Assembly (NCBI GenBank): GCA_021735655.1
Contig: JAIPGM010000002.1
Coordinates: 258,747 to 322,746, forward strand
Direction: 5' to 3'
Length of the DNA: 64,000 bases
Source of the DNA: Candidatus Omnitrophota bacterium
Lineage (GTDB): Bacteria; Omnitrophota; Gorgyraeia; Duberdicusellales; 4484-171
This document shows, piece by piece, positions 18,315-27,952 of this stretch. Position 1 is the stretch's first letter, and every line of letters starts with the position of its first letter. Position numbers and translations under genes: made by a program. The notes beneath the pieces were generated by a model. That model was given only the letters and a program-made list of their open reading frames with translations, was not told the origin of the DNA and did not search any database.

Positions 18315-19646
18315 TTAACCTATTTTTGAAGTAATAAATCCAAGCAATTTATCAATTGAAAGTCTTTCCTGCTTCATGGTGTCGCGATCTCGAACTGTAA
18401 CACACTTATCAGTTAGACTATCAACGTCAACGGTTATACAAAACGGTGTACCAATCTCATCCTGCCTCCGGTAAAGTTTCCCGATCGCGCCGGTATCATC
18501 GTAGGTAGCAGGAACCTTATCTTTTATATCATAAAAAATATTTTTTGCAAGTTCAACTAGCTCGGCTTTATTCTTCAATAAAGGAAATATCGCCGCTGCA
18601 TATGGGGAAAGCTTCGGCTTTATCTTTAGAACCGTTCTAAGCTTACCTTTCACCTCTTCTTCATGGTAAGCATCGGAAATTATGGCGAAAAAGGTCCGAT
18701 CCACTCCAGCTGAAGGCTCAATCACAAAAGGAACTACCTTTTCTTTACTTAGTGGATCAAAAAAAGACAGTTCTTTTTTACTTACCCGAGCATGTTCAGA
18801 TAAATCAAAATCACCCCGGTTAGCTATACCTTCCAATTCGCTCCAACCAAAGGGAAAATTAAACTCAATATCGGTGCAAGCTTTAGCATAGTGAGCCAAC
18901 TCATCCTTTGCGTGCTCACGTAACCTTAAACTATCTTTTCTTAAGCCAATTTTATCAGTATAAAAACTCAAGCGATCGCTTACCCAATTTTTATATGAAT
19001 TATTAGCATCCTTGGGATAAACGAAATACTCTATTTCCATTTGTTCGAATTCTTTCATTCGAAAAATAAAACTACCGGTTGTAACCTCGTTACGAAAAGC
19101 CTTTCCGATTTGGGCAATACCTAAAGGGAGCTTTTTATGGGTAGTGTTTAAAACGTTAGCAAAGTTAACAAATATTCCTTGAGCAGTTTCCGGACGAAGA
19201 TAGCCATAGTAAGGATCGTCTTCGGTTGCGCTCATATTTGTTTTAAACATAAGATTAAAACTACGCGGTTTATTTTTAGTAGTATCTATCTTTTCGCTGC
19301 ATTCAGGACAAATATACAGATCCTCTTTACTCTTCTCCATTTTATCAATTCGGAAGCGTTTTTTACAACCTGGGCAATCGACCAAAGAATCAGTAAAACC
19401 TTCAAGATGGCCAGAGGCCCTAAACACATCCTCATGCATAATAATGCTGGAATCGAGACCAACAATATCTTCGCGGGAGTCAACATAGGTTTTCCACCAA
19501 ATGTCTTTTATCTTTTTTTTAAGACGAGCTCCCAATGGTCCATAGTCCCAAACACTGGAAAGCCCTCCATAGAGCTCAGAACCGCCAAAGATAAAGCCCC
19601 GGCGCTTACATAAAGAAACTATCTTAGATAAACGATCTTCAGCCAT
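18315..19646 (-). CDS. glyQS: Glycine--tRNA ligase (dimeric alpha2 class II type)
   Basis: 443 aa; class II aaRS motifs; GlyRS-type insertion with CPECS zinc-like element; C-terminal anticodon-binding domain. Confidence 0.85.
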   Translation of the reverse strand: MAEDRLSKIVSLCKRRGFIFGGSELYGGLSSVWDYGPLGARLKKKIKDIWWKTYVDSREDIVGLDSSIIMHEDVFRASGHLEGFTDSLVDCPGCKKRFRIDKMEKSKEDLYICPECSEKIDTTKNKPRSFNLMFKTNMSATEDDPYYGYLRPETAQGIFVNFANVLNTTHKKLPLGIAQIGKAFRNEVTTGSFIFRMKEFEQMEIEYFVYPKDANNSYKNWVSDRLSFYTDKIGLRKDSLRLREHAKDELAHYAKACTDIEFNFPFGWSELEGIANRGDFDLSEHARVSKKELSFFDPLSKEKVVPFVIEPSAGVDRTFFAIISDAYHEEEVKGKLRTVLKIKPKLSPYAAAIFPLLKNKAELVELAKNIFYDIKDKVPATYDDTGAIGKLYRRQDEIGTPFCITVDVDSLTDKCVTVRDRDTMKQERLSIDKLLGFITSKIG

Positions 19647-19714
19647 AAGGGTACAATTATACCTTAAAAATTGATTTTTTTAAGCATTATTTTGAAGTTC
19701 TAAAAGATGGGTTT

Positions 19715-20254
19715 TTACTTCTGCTTCCAGATATATTGGCCATTTTCCGGAACCTGAAACCACCAACCACTAGAGGCTCGATCGTAATCATCTTCCAAGA
19801 ACACCTTTCTTGTCTCGGAAATGCTAACCGAATTTCTGGTAGCGGTGTAGGTATATACAGCCTCACGGTCGAAATTCTCCTGAGCGATTAACTCAGCTGC
19901 ATCAGCCGGAGCGCCCTTGCGTGTCTCAAGCAAAGCGTTCTGATTTTCGCCAATAAATCCTTGATTAAAATAGCTCTCAACCTTTTGAGCCCTAGCTCTT
20001 CTTCTATCAATAATTGCCTGAATGTCGGCCGATAAATCAGAAGCATAGGCTTCAGCAAAGTTAAAAAGAGCATTAAATTTCTTTTCTTTATTACCATAAA
20101 TCTGATCGTTGATTGATTCAGCATCTTTAGCAACATGTTGATAAACATCAATTCGCATATTTATGTCGACTTTAATCGGATTTTTAGTCTCAACGCTTAC
20201 CTTAGCGCAACCGAACACAACTAAAGCTAACAAAATTAAACCAAGTTTCCTCAT
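19715..20254 (-). CDS. Hypothetical lipoprotein
   Basis: Signal peptide with lipobox (LVVFGCAK); no catalytic motif recognised. Confidence 0.4.
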   Translation of the reverse strand: MRKLGLILLALVVFGCAKVSVETKNPIKVDINMRIDVYQHVAKDAESINDQIYGNKEKKFNALFNFAEAYASDLSADIQAIIDRRRARAQKVESYFNQGFIGENQNALLETRKGAPADAAELIAQENFDREAVYTYTATRNSVSISETRKVFLEDDYDRASSGWWFQVPENGQYIWKQK

Positions 20255-21018
20255 TGAACACCTCCACCTTTTAATTCCTTCAATTTAGAACTTATATTTT
20301 TTATCCTCTGATCACTGTTTGGATGTGAACTTAGATAAAAAGGTGGCCTGGCCATCCCTTTATTTGCCTCCTTAAGCTTTTCGAATAAACTAATCGCTGC
20401 CCTAGGATCATACCCAGCATCTGAAACATAGTTAAAAGCTAAATTGTCAGCTTGTAACTCATCGCTTCTAGAATAGCCTTTTGCCACAAGACCAAACAAC
20501 TGATTAACTAACTGTTTTGCTTGAGCCTGATCAGGACTCCTTAAAAGGGTAGTCGCCAAGATGCTAAAGCCCAAAGTTGCCCCTAGTTTTTTCAAACTGT
20601 GTCGAGCAGAAATATGACCAATTTCATGAGCTAAAACAAAAGCTAACTCTGAGTCATCAACCGTATCTAATAAACCTTTATATATAAAGACATGCCCTCC
20701 GGGAATAGCCAAAGCATTCATTTGATCCTGATCAATGATATAAAACTTATAGTTAAGGTTGCTGCGATGACTCACCTTTGCTAAAGACACACCGATATCT
20801 TTAATATAATTGATTCGCTTCTGATCATCAAGAAGTTTATTTTCTTTAATAAATTCATTAGCCATGGCGTCGCCCCAGGAAATCTCTCCTTTTTCATCAA
20901 AAAGATACCATTCCTTTTTACCGGTTACCGGATTATAAACTGAGACACATCCAGTTGAGAAAATAATAAAAGTTAAAAAACCAAACCAACTAATCTTAAT
21001 CCAAAATTTGTATCTCAT
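20251..21018 (-). CDS. M48-family periplasmic zinc metallopeptidase (BepA/YcaL-like)
   Basis: Signal peptide and lipobox-like FSTGC; HEIGH zinc motif (LAHEIGHISARH); about 255 aa. Confidence 0.65.
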   Translation of the reverse strand: MRYKFWIKISWFGFLTFIIFSTGCVSVYNPVTGKKEWYLFDEKGEISWGDAMANEFIKENKLLDDQKRINYIKDIGVSLAKVSHRSNLNYKFYIIDQDQMNALAIPGGHVFIYKGLLDTVDDSELAFVLAHEIGHISARHSLKKLGATLGFSILATTLLRSPDQAQAKQLVNQLFGLVAKGYSRSDELQADNLAFNYVSDAGYDPRAAISLFEKLKEANKGMARPPFYLSSHPNSDQRIKNISSKLKELKGGGVQ

Positions 21019-21757
21019 AAGGGGTATTCACAATAATTTCCGGACCATTATACTCTCTAATTCGGCCGGAAACTTCAACTATTTTATTTCGATAAAAAGT
21101 TATAGGATCTATCTTCTGTTGAGTAAACGCACTAAAAGCGTTGTTAAAAATAACTACAGTGAAATCATGCTTATAGTCACCGCCGAAATTTAAGAATAGA
21201 CACTTAGACGATTTGTAGGTACTGAGAACTCTTCCCCGAACAGTCCTTATTTGACCAATATATTTATAAGCCTGTTCCTGGTCTATAACTTCGTAGCTTT
21301 CCCAAAGCCCTTGTTTTTTTGCCCGGGCTTGCTTTTGTAAGCTAACAAATTTATCGACATATTTTACATTAGGTGGATAGGTGTAAAGCACCGCCAACCC
21401 TTCTTGAATCAATTTAGCATTAACGAAAGTATCTCCGATAAAGCAATAGCCTAGTAGTCGACCGTACTTATCCTGTTTTTCTAAATCAAACTCTATTCTT
21501 ACAGCCTTTCCCTCTACTAATTTTCGGTTATATTCTGTAGCTTCTAACGAAAAAGGTTGAGGATCGTAGATAAATTTTCCATCTTTTTTGCTTCGTACTT
21601 CAGGAGTATCAAGTCCGATATAACGCAAAAGTTTCCCGTTAGAAAGCTTGATCGTATCACCATCAATAACTTTTGAAACAAAGATTTGTGAATAATCCGT
21701 AGGAATTCCCGTGCAGGCAATTAAAAAAAGGGCTAAAAAAAGAAGTTTTTTCTTCAC
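20996..21757 (-). CDS. Secreted thermonuclease (SNase-like) lipoprotein with C-terminal OB-like domain
   Basis: Lipobox LIACTG; SNase motifs VIDGDTIKL...RYIGLDTPE...YGRLLGY...GLAVLYTY. Confidence 0.7.
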   Translation of the reverse strand: MKKKLLFLALFLIACTGIPTDYSQIFVSKVIDGDTIKLSNGKLLRYIGLDTPEVRSKKDGKFIYDPQPFSLEATEYNRKLVEGKAVRIEFDLEKQDKYGRLLGYCFIGDTFVNAKLIQEGLAVLYTYPPNVKYVDKFVSLQKQARAKKQGLWESYEVIDQEQAYKYIGQIRTVRGRVLSTYKSSKCLFLNFGGDYKHDFTVVIFNNAFSAFTQQKIDPITFYRNKIVEVSGRIREYNGPEIIVNTPYEIQILD

Positions 21758-22125
21758 TATAAGTCTTCAACAATCTTAAAAAAGACTTTTTGTGCAAGCT
21801 GTGGCTTAGGAAGGAAATTTCTTCGAGCAGAAACCTTTAAGCGTTGACTCTCAGGAGTAAGCGTATTTATCTTTATCACTACGCTGTGATCAGAAACTTT
21901 AGCCTTAATCATCCCCTTAGATTCATTAACAACTAATATTTCTGCCTCCATCACCTCTAGGGTATCTAAACAAATATCCCAAAGTATCCGGTATTCACTT
22001 TTTACAGTACCATTGGCTGAATCATTGCTTATGCCATAACCGGTAACTACTCCGGCAGCAATCAAGGCCGGTACGCATCCGGCTAACAACAATATACCCA
22101 CCATTAGGGAAATTATATTTTTCAT
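21757..22125 (-). CDS. Hypothetical lipoprotein
   Basis: Signal peptide plus LLAGCV lipobox; 122 aa. Confidence 0.35.
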   Translation of the reverse strand: MKNIISLMVGILLLAGCVPALIAAGVVTGYGISNDSANGTVKSEYRILWDICLDTLEVMEAEILVVNESKGMIKAKVSDHSVVIKINTLTPESQRLKVSARRNFLPKPQLAQKVFFKIVEDL

Positions 22126-22198
22126 AATTTATTCTCTTTCGTATTTACTATACCAAATATTTTTTTCTTTTGCAAGCTATAATCATAAAATATCTCAC

Positions 22199-22834
22199 TC
22201 ATTCGATGATGACCTTTAAATGCTTAAGGCTTTTAATAAGTTGCTGATGATTTTCAAATTGAATACAGTTAAGTCCAAGTTTGCTTGCCTCAATTATTAA
22301 ATCCTGACGATCGTCAATATAGATTATGTCTGAAAACCGGGCCCCAGAGATATTGCTTAAAGTCTGATAGATCTTAAGTTCTGGTTTAACTGATTTAACT
22401 TCATAAGACAAAATCAACCGATCAAAAAGAGAAAATACCTGTTTGTATTCTTGGTAAAGATATTCAAAATGAAGCTGATTAATATTAGAAATTAGATATA
22501 AAGGATATTGACCTTTAAGTAACTTAACTAATTCAATAGTCTCAGTAATCGGTGAAAATATTTTACACCAAACATCAACAAATTCAGAATAAGAAAAATT
22601 AATACCGAATTCATCACAAAAGTTCTTATGGAACTGCTCGCCGGAAACTAGACCTTTTTCAAAAGGAATAGTAAAGTTTTTATCATAAAGCGAATAAATA
22701 ACCTCTGAAATAGACAACTTCATCCTGTCTTTAATCTTATTCAGAGCTAAAGTATAGTCAAACTTAAAAAGAACATTGCCGAGGTCAAAAGCTAAAATTT
22801 TACTTTTATTTTCCATAGTACAGTTTTTCAGCAC
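22199..22834 (-). CDS. HAD-superfamily hydrolase (tentative)
   Basis: N-terminal AFDLGNVLF (HAD motif I-like) and C-terminal IYIDDRQDLI (motif IV-like); about 210 aa. Confidence 0.45.
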   Translation of the reverse strand: MLKNCTMENKSKILAFDLGNVLFKFDYTLALNKIKDRMKLSISEVIYSLYDKNFTIPFEKGLVSGEQFHKNFCDEFGINFSYSEFVDVWCKIFSPITETIELVKLLKGQYPLYLISNINQLHFEYLYQEYKQVFSLFDRLILSYEVKSVKPELKIYQTLSNISGARFSDIIYIDDRQDLIIEASKLGLNCIQFENHQQLIKSLKHLKVIIE

Positions 22835-23738
22835 TGATAATAAGACTTTTTTTGGCCTCGAAATGAGGCTTAAATCCTAAAGATTCTATCCTTTTTAAGC
22901 TGTATATTCGATCTTTCAAAAAAAAGCTAATTTTTTTACCTATACCTGGTAAATTAAGCAATAAAAGTTCGGTTAATTTAAAAAGCCTGCCCGGAGGTTT
23001 TGCGCCTATCCCCTTTGCCAAGGCTTTGAAGATATCTTTAACCCTTAGGGCTTCTTTATCGGCAACAAAAAAAGAACCTTTTAAGAATTCATCACTCTCT
23101 AAGCAAAACAGCATCGCCGAAACAACATTTTCAACATAAGCAAGATGAAGTATATTTTCTCCTTGATTAATTAAAGGCAGAAGCCTTGCCTTAAGCAACT
23201 TGAGTAGAAATTTTAAAGCATGGGGCTCATCCTCGCCATAAACTATTGGCGGTCGGAGTATGGTTATGGCTAAGCCTTTATTTCGAAATTCCAAAGCAAC
23301 TTTTTCAGCCTCAATTTTAGACTCACCATAAGCATTAGTAGCTGCGAAAGGTAAATCTTCCCTCAAGGGAAGTTCAGTATTTCCGCTAATAACGGCAACC
23401 GAGCTCAAGTATACCAACCTCGACACTCGATGCTCTAGGCAAATATCACAAACATTCCTTGTGCCTTGAACATTAACCTGGTGCAGTTTTTTAATATTTT
23501 TATTCTCAACATAGGCTGCACAATGAAAAGCAAGGTCAATCTTATACCCTTTAAGCTTAGCTAACGACTTTTTATCGGTGATATCGCCATAAATAAGCTG
23601 AGCCCCTAACCCTTCAAGTAATTTTGCTTTTTTCGGATTACGAACAAAACAAAAAACATCATATTTTTTATGATGTAGCAACTCACGTACTAGATGTCGC
23701 CCGATAAATCCAGTTGCCCCAGTAACTAATACATTCAT
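22806..23738 (-). CDS. NAD-dependent epimerase/dehydratase (SDR family)
   Basis: MNVLVTGATGFIGRHLV Rossmann motif; YxxxK active-site region (YGESK). Confidence 0.7.
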   Translation of the reverse strand: MNVLVTGATGFIGRHLVRELLHHKKYDVFCFVRNPKKAKLLEGLGAQLIYGDITDKKSLAKLKGYKIDLAFHCAAYVENKNIKKLHQVNVQGTRNVCDICLEHRVSRLVYLSSVAVISGNTELPLREDLPFAATNAYGESKIEAEKVALEFRNKGLAITILRPPIVYGEDEPHALKFLLKLLKARLLPLINQGENILHLAYVENVVSAMLFCLESDEFLKGSFFVADKEALRVKDIFKALAKGIGAKPPGRLFKLTELLLLNLPGIGKKISFFLKDRIYSLKRIESLGFKPHFEAKKSLIISAEKLYYGK

Positions 23739-24703
23739 AGCCCCTCTATTTCTCCTTGACGTTGGGTAAGAATTTTATTTATTTTCTGCATATCAACTTC
23801 AGATATTGTCCAACCTAAGCCACCTAAGTTATCTTTAACTTGTTCTAAGTTCCGCATACCAACGATAGTTGAAGTAACCCCCTTCTGGCTAAAATTCCAA
23901 TTTATCGCTAGTTGAGTTAATGTCTTTTTGTAATTAACGGCAATGGTTTTTAACTGACTAAGTGCTTCTTTATTTATCGAAAAAAGCGGTTCTCGCAAAT
24001 GTCTTTTTTTCATTTTTCTATTAGTATCATTAGGAATTGAAACCTTATCGAAAAAAAACTTACCAGTTAATAAACCACTATAAAGCGGTGCGTAAGCTAT
24101 TACCGCTATATTATTTTTTAGACAAAATGGAATGATCTCCTCTTCGATACCACGATTAAACATGCTGTATTCGGGTTGTAAACAATGTAGTGGTGCATAT
24201 TTCATAAATTCGCGCATTTGAGCAACTGAATGATTACTTACACCAATGGATTTGATAATTCTCCGTTGATATAATTCATAGATCACCTCGGCGGTTTCGC
24301 CAATCGGTATATTAGAATCAGGCCAATGGACTTGGTAAAGATCAAAATAATCAGTTTCAAGACGTTTACGTGATATATCTACCTCTTCTAAAATCCTTTT
24401 TTTACTAAGATTATGTAAAATCTTTGGCCCTTCCCAGGAAAGACCGACTTTAGTAGCCAAAACTACCCTTTCACGAAGTTTCCTTTTTCTAATAAAAGCT
24501 CCGATGATCCTTTCTGAACGACCCTTACCATATATCGGCGCAGTATCAATAAGCGTAATGCCACTAGAAATAGCTTTATCTAAAACCGCTACTGAGTTAG
24601 CATCTTCCTGAGGCCCCCACCAACTATCGCCGCCAAAAGACCAAGTGCCTAAAGATATTGGTAAAATAGCTTGATCCAATCCTTTTATTTTTCGATAATC
24701 CAT
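23735..24703 (-). CDS. Aldo/keto reductase
   Basis: LGTWSFGG...IDTAPIYGKGRSE motifs typical of AKR family; 322 aa. Confidence 0.8.
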   Translation of the reverse strand: MDYRKIKGLDQAILPISLGTWSFGGDSWWGPQEDANSVAVLDKAISSGITLIDTAPIYGKGRSERIIGAFIRKRKLRERVVLATKVGLSWEGPKILHNLSKKRILEEVDISRKRLETDYFDLYQVHWPDSNIPIGETAEVIYELYQRRIIKSIGVSNHSVAQMREFMKYAPLHCLQPEYSMFNRGIEEEIIPFCLKNNIAVIAYAPLYSGLLTGKFFFDKVSIPNDTNRKMKKRHLREPLFSINKEALSQLKTIAVNYKKTLTQLAINWNFSQKGVTSTIVGMRNLEQVKDNLGGLGWTISEVDMQKINKILTQRQGEIEGL

Positions 24704-24717
24704 ATTTATTTTTTAAT

Positions 24718-25716
24718 TTAAATTTTTATCTTAATGCCGTCGGCAATAACTGTTGGTTTTAAAAAAACAAAATCCAAATGAGACGGGCAACTTACACGGC
24801 CACCAAAAGATTTATTATTGCCAAAGGCAATGTGAGCAGTGCCCAAACTCTTCTCATCTTCAAGAATGCTTCCAGTTACCTTCGCCTTAGGATTAAGACC
24901 AATGCCCAATTCAGCGACGTTAAGAATCTTTCTACCGTATAAATGCACTAAAGGCCTCATCTTTGCTATCGGAACATTCTCAGCATAACCATTTTTTATT
25001 TTTATTTTAAGCGACTTTTTTAATTTACCAAGAAATGGAGCACTGCCATCAATAACTAACTGCCCATTAGCAGTTCCCTCTAGAGGACTAATACAAGCCT
25101 CACCGGCCGGTAAATTTCCGAAAGCACCGGATTTTATATATAAGCCGTTATCACTAAAACCGCGCCGACCCTTAACTGACATTGTTAAATGAGTTCCGGC
25201 TTCAGTGTAGACTTCAATCTTTTTTGCTTTAGTCAAAGAATTGGCTAACTTTGTTGTTTTTTTTGCCAAATTTGAATAATTAAGACAAATAGCGCGATTA
25301 AGCATCGCCAGAGTTACCCCCGGAAGACTCCCAATGCGCGTCCCATACTTTTTAGAAGCAATTTTACGAGCCTTAGTGTGAGAAAGGGACATCGAAGTAA
25401 ATAACAATGCGGCATCGGCTTTCTTTAAGGCTTCAGCGACCACAGCCGGAGGTTCTTGGCCGTGCATTTGGCGAGGTTTAATCAAAAAACAACTGCTTTC
25501 TATCCCTTGTGACTGCGCTAAACGATAGAACTCATAAGCAAGTTTACAAAGCTTATCATCACACACAATCAAAAGCTCTTCTGATTTTCTCAAACCAAGA
25601 CATTTTCTCGTTATGGTTTTGACGATTTGCTTTTTCACTAAATTTAGTGTTAGTCGAAGGCTTGAGAAATGCCGTAGGCTGCAGCAGCTGAGATGCCGGC
25701 TCCGATAAGAGCGCAA
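24718..25716 (-). CDS. M29-family aminopeptidase (AmpS/aminopeptidase T-like). True start probably internal, around 25638
   Basis: C-terminal GSILEDEKSLGTAHIAFGNN...HLDFV matches the aminopeptidase T signature (ILEDEKVLGTVHIALGNN...H.D.V). The first ~25 codons of the track ORF are R/S/C-rich and overlap a better small ORF in another frame. An in-frame GTG start at 25638 is plausible. Confidence 0.6.
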   Translation of the reverse strand: MRSYRSRHLSCCSLRHFSSLRLTLNLVKKQIVKTITRKCLGLRKSEELLIVCDDKLCKLAYEFYRLAQSQGIESSCFLIKPRQMHGQEPPAVVAEALKKADAALLFTSMSLSHTKARKIASKKYGTRIGSLPGVTLAMLNRAICLNYSNLAKKTTKLANSLTKAKKIEVYTEAGTHLTMSVKGRRGFSDNGLYIKSGAFGNLPAGEACISPLEGTANGQLVIDGSAPFLGKLKKSLKIKIKNGYAENVPIAKMRPLVHLYGRKILNVAELGIGLNPKAKVTGSILEDEKSLGTAHIAFGNNKSFGGRVSCPSHLDFVFLKPTVIADGIKIKI

Positions 25717-25772
25717 CCCTGCATAAGCGGTAATAATACTAAAATTGAAATGATAACAATTCTTTTAATCAT
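25650..25772 (-). CDS. Small membrane/lipoprotein-like peptide (40 aa) with glycine-zipper tail
   Basis: Strong RBS AGGAGGaaaagagg-ATG; MIKRIVIISILVLLPLMQGC signal-peptide/lipobox-like N-terminus, then ALIGAGISAAAAYGISQAFD. Below the ORF-track cutoff. Confidence 0.3.
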   Translation of the reverse strand: MIKRIVIISILVLLPLMQGCALIGAGISAAAAYGISQAFD

Positions 25773-25813
25773 CCTCTTTTCCTCCTTTAAATAATTATAT
25801 CACAAGATATGCT

Positions 25814-27310
25814 CTAGAAAAAGAGATCTCTTTCGCCTTCTTTAATCCTTCGATAATAACTCATGAATTGGTCAAAAACCTGAGGGATGTTTTTGCGGAC
25901 TTCCTCTATTTCTTTCGTGATTACTTTCTCAGCTATATTTTTAGTTTCCTCGCTGGCAAAATCATCTAACCATTCACGAAAAGTTAAAACAGCATTTAAT
26001 TTACAAAATTTACCTTCTTGACCAGTTTTAAGTAACTCCATAATGCATTCACCCGTTCTGCCGCAGCGATAACCAGCAGTACAAAAAGAACTGATTACCC
26101 CCATTGAGGCAAACTCTCTAATCATCTCATCTAGGCTACGAGTATCAGCCAAAATAAATTGCTGTCGGGGGCTGTCTTGAGTTTTACTCTGATCGCTGTA
26201 TGAACCAATTCCTATTTTGGTAGAAGCATCAGTTTGAGTTATTCCTAGCCTGATTGAATCTCTCTTCATCTGAGGGGTTTCCCGACAAGTAATAATTAGA
26301 CCAGTATGAGGCACAGCCAGTCTAAGCACAGTAATTAACTTTTTAAACTGCTGATCCGAAACCTTATATTTTAAATTATCATTAAAAGGCGTGTTTTCTG
26401 CCGGTTCAAGGCGTGGAAAAGATATCGTATGAGCTCCGACACCAAATTTATCCTCTAATTCACGATTATGCGCAACCAAGCTCATTAGCTCAAACTTCCA
26501 ATCGTAAAGCCCAAATAAAACACCCAAGCCAACATCATCAACCCCAGCCTCAAAGGCACGATGCATCGCATAAAGTCGCCAGAAGTAATTTCCTTTTATT
26601 GTAGTTGGCGGATGAATAGTTTTATAGGTGGTCTTATGGTAAGTCTCTTGGAAAACTTGATAGGTACCAATTCCGACATCTTTTAGACGACCCAATTCCT
26701 CTATCGATAAGGGCGGAGCATTCACATTTACCCGACGAATCTGACCAACGCCATTTTTGGTTTTCTCCCGAACATTATAAATAGTACGAATTGAATCAAC
26801 CATGTAATTTATATCATTCGAAGGATGCTCTCCATAAACGACAATTAAACGTTTATGACCAATCTTACCAGCCAAAACAGCGGTTTCCTTCTCAACCTGC
26901 TTTAAGCTTAAGACTCGGCGTTCACTCTTTGTGTTAGATCGTCTGAAACCACAATAAAGACAATCATTAACACAATAATTCCCAAGATAAAGCGGAGCAA
27001 AGGTGACGATTCGATTGTCATAAACCTTTCGCTTCACCCTTAAGGCGCATTCCTTCATCAATTCTAATGTTTTAGAATCAGTTACCCTTAAAAGGGTTGC
27101 CGTCTCATCAAGAGTTAAAGTTTTAATCGCTAAGGATTTATTTAAAATGTCTTCGACTTCTTTGGAATCAGGCTCCTGAGTGCATGATAATTTCGTAAAG
27201 ATTTCTTTCTGAGGAATAAAATCCTTACCCTCAATCATATAACGCTCAATTTGGTCGCGCTTTATACGTTGAGACTCCCAACTCTGAAATTTATTAGTCT
27301 TAATTAACAT
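25814..27310 (-). CDS. HydG-like radical-SAM tyrosine lyase (ThiH family with C-terminal Cys-containing extension)
   Basis: 498 aa. Radical-SAM CxxxCxxC in ThiH/HydG context (PLYLGNYCVNDCLYCGF). Too long for ThiH (~375 aa); C-terminal ~100 aa carry SFCTAGYRCGRTGEC...C, resembling the HydG C-terminal auxiliary-cluster region. Confidence 0.65.
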   Translation of the reverse strand: MLIKTNKFQSWESQRIKRDQIERYMIEGKDFIPQKEIFTKLSCTQEPDSKEVEDILNKSLAIKTLTLDETATLLRVTDSKTLELMKECALRVKRKVYDNRIVTFAPLYLGNYCVNDCLYCGFRRSNTKSERRVLSLKQVEKETAVLAGKIGHKRLIVVYGEHPSNDINYMVDSIRTIYNVREKTKNGVGQIRRVNVNAPPLSIEELGRLKDVGIGTYQVFQETYHKTTYKTIHPPTTIKGNYFWRLYAMHRAFEAGVDDVGLGVLFGLYDWKFELMSLVAHNRELEDKFGVGAHTISFPRLEPAENTPFNDNLKYKVSDQQFKKLITVLRLAVPHTGLIITCRETPQMKRDSIRLGITQTDASTKIGIGSYSDQSKTQDSPRQQFILADTRSLDEMIREFASMGVISSFCTAGYRCGRTGECIMELLKTGQEGKFCKLNAVLTFREWLDDFASEETKNIAEKVITKEIEEVRKNIPQVFDQFMSYYRRIKEGERDLFF

Positions 27311-27952
27311 CTAACTTCCCTGCTTTACAAAAAATATTAAACTCTCTAACTCACAAGCCATATCAACGTTAGAAACAAATATATTATCAGGAACTTTCAA
27401 GGCAATTGGAGCGAAGTTAAGTATTCCCTTAATATTTGAATCGATTAACTGGTTAGCTATGTCTTGAGCTACTTCAGGCGGCGTAGCTATTATTGCTATT
27501 TTTATTCCATCTTTTTTAATCATTTCACTCAAATTATCAATAGCCTGAACTACGATACCTTTTTTTGTTTTACCAATCTTTTTCTGATCATTATCAAAAA
27601 TTGCAGTAATTTTTATATTAAACTTTGAAAAACCATCGAACCCCAACAAGGCCCCACCGACTCTACCTAGGCCTACCAAAGCAATATTCCAATCAATATG
27701 GGTTCCGACTATTTTTTGGATTTGTCCAATTAAAAAATCTACGTTATAGCCCACACCGCGCTTGCCAAATTCACCAAAATAAGACAAATCCTTTCTAAAC
27801 TGAGACGGAGTTACGTTTAAAAACTTAGTTATTTTATCCGAAGAAATAACTTCAACTCCCTGCTTTTTTATTTTTCGTAAGTTACGTAAATACAGAGTAA
27901 GCCTTCTGATCGTTTCCAAAGAAAAATGTTTCTTGTCTTTACTGTTTTTCAT
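27311..27952 (-). CDS. rex: Redox-sensing transcriptional repressor Rex
   Basis: N-terminal winged-helix domain (RLTLYLRNL...) plus Rossmann NADH-binding domain (IALVGLGRVGGALL); 213 aa. Confidence 0.85.
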   Translation of the reverse strand: MKNSKDKKHFSLETIRRLTLYLRNLRKIKKQGVEVISSDKITKFLNVTPSQFRKDLSYFGEFGKRGVGYNVDFLIGQIQKIVGTHIDWNIALVGLGRVGGALLGFDGFSKFNIKITAIFDNDQKKIGKTKKGIVVQAIDNLSEMIKKDGIKIAIIATPPEVAQDIANQLIDSNIKGILNFAPIALKVPDNIFVSNVDMACELESLIFFVKQGS

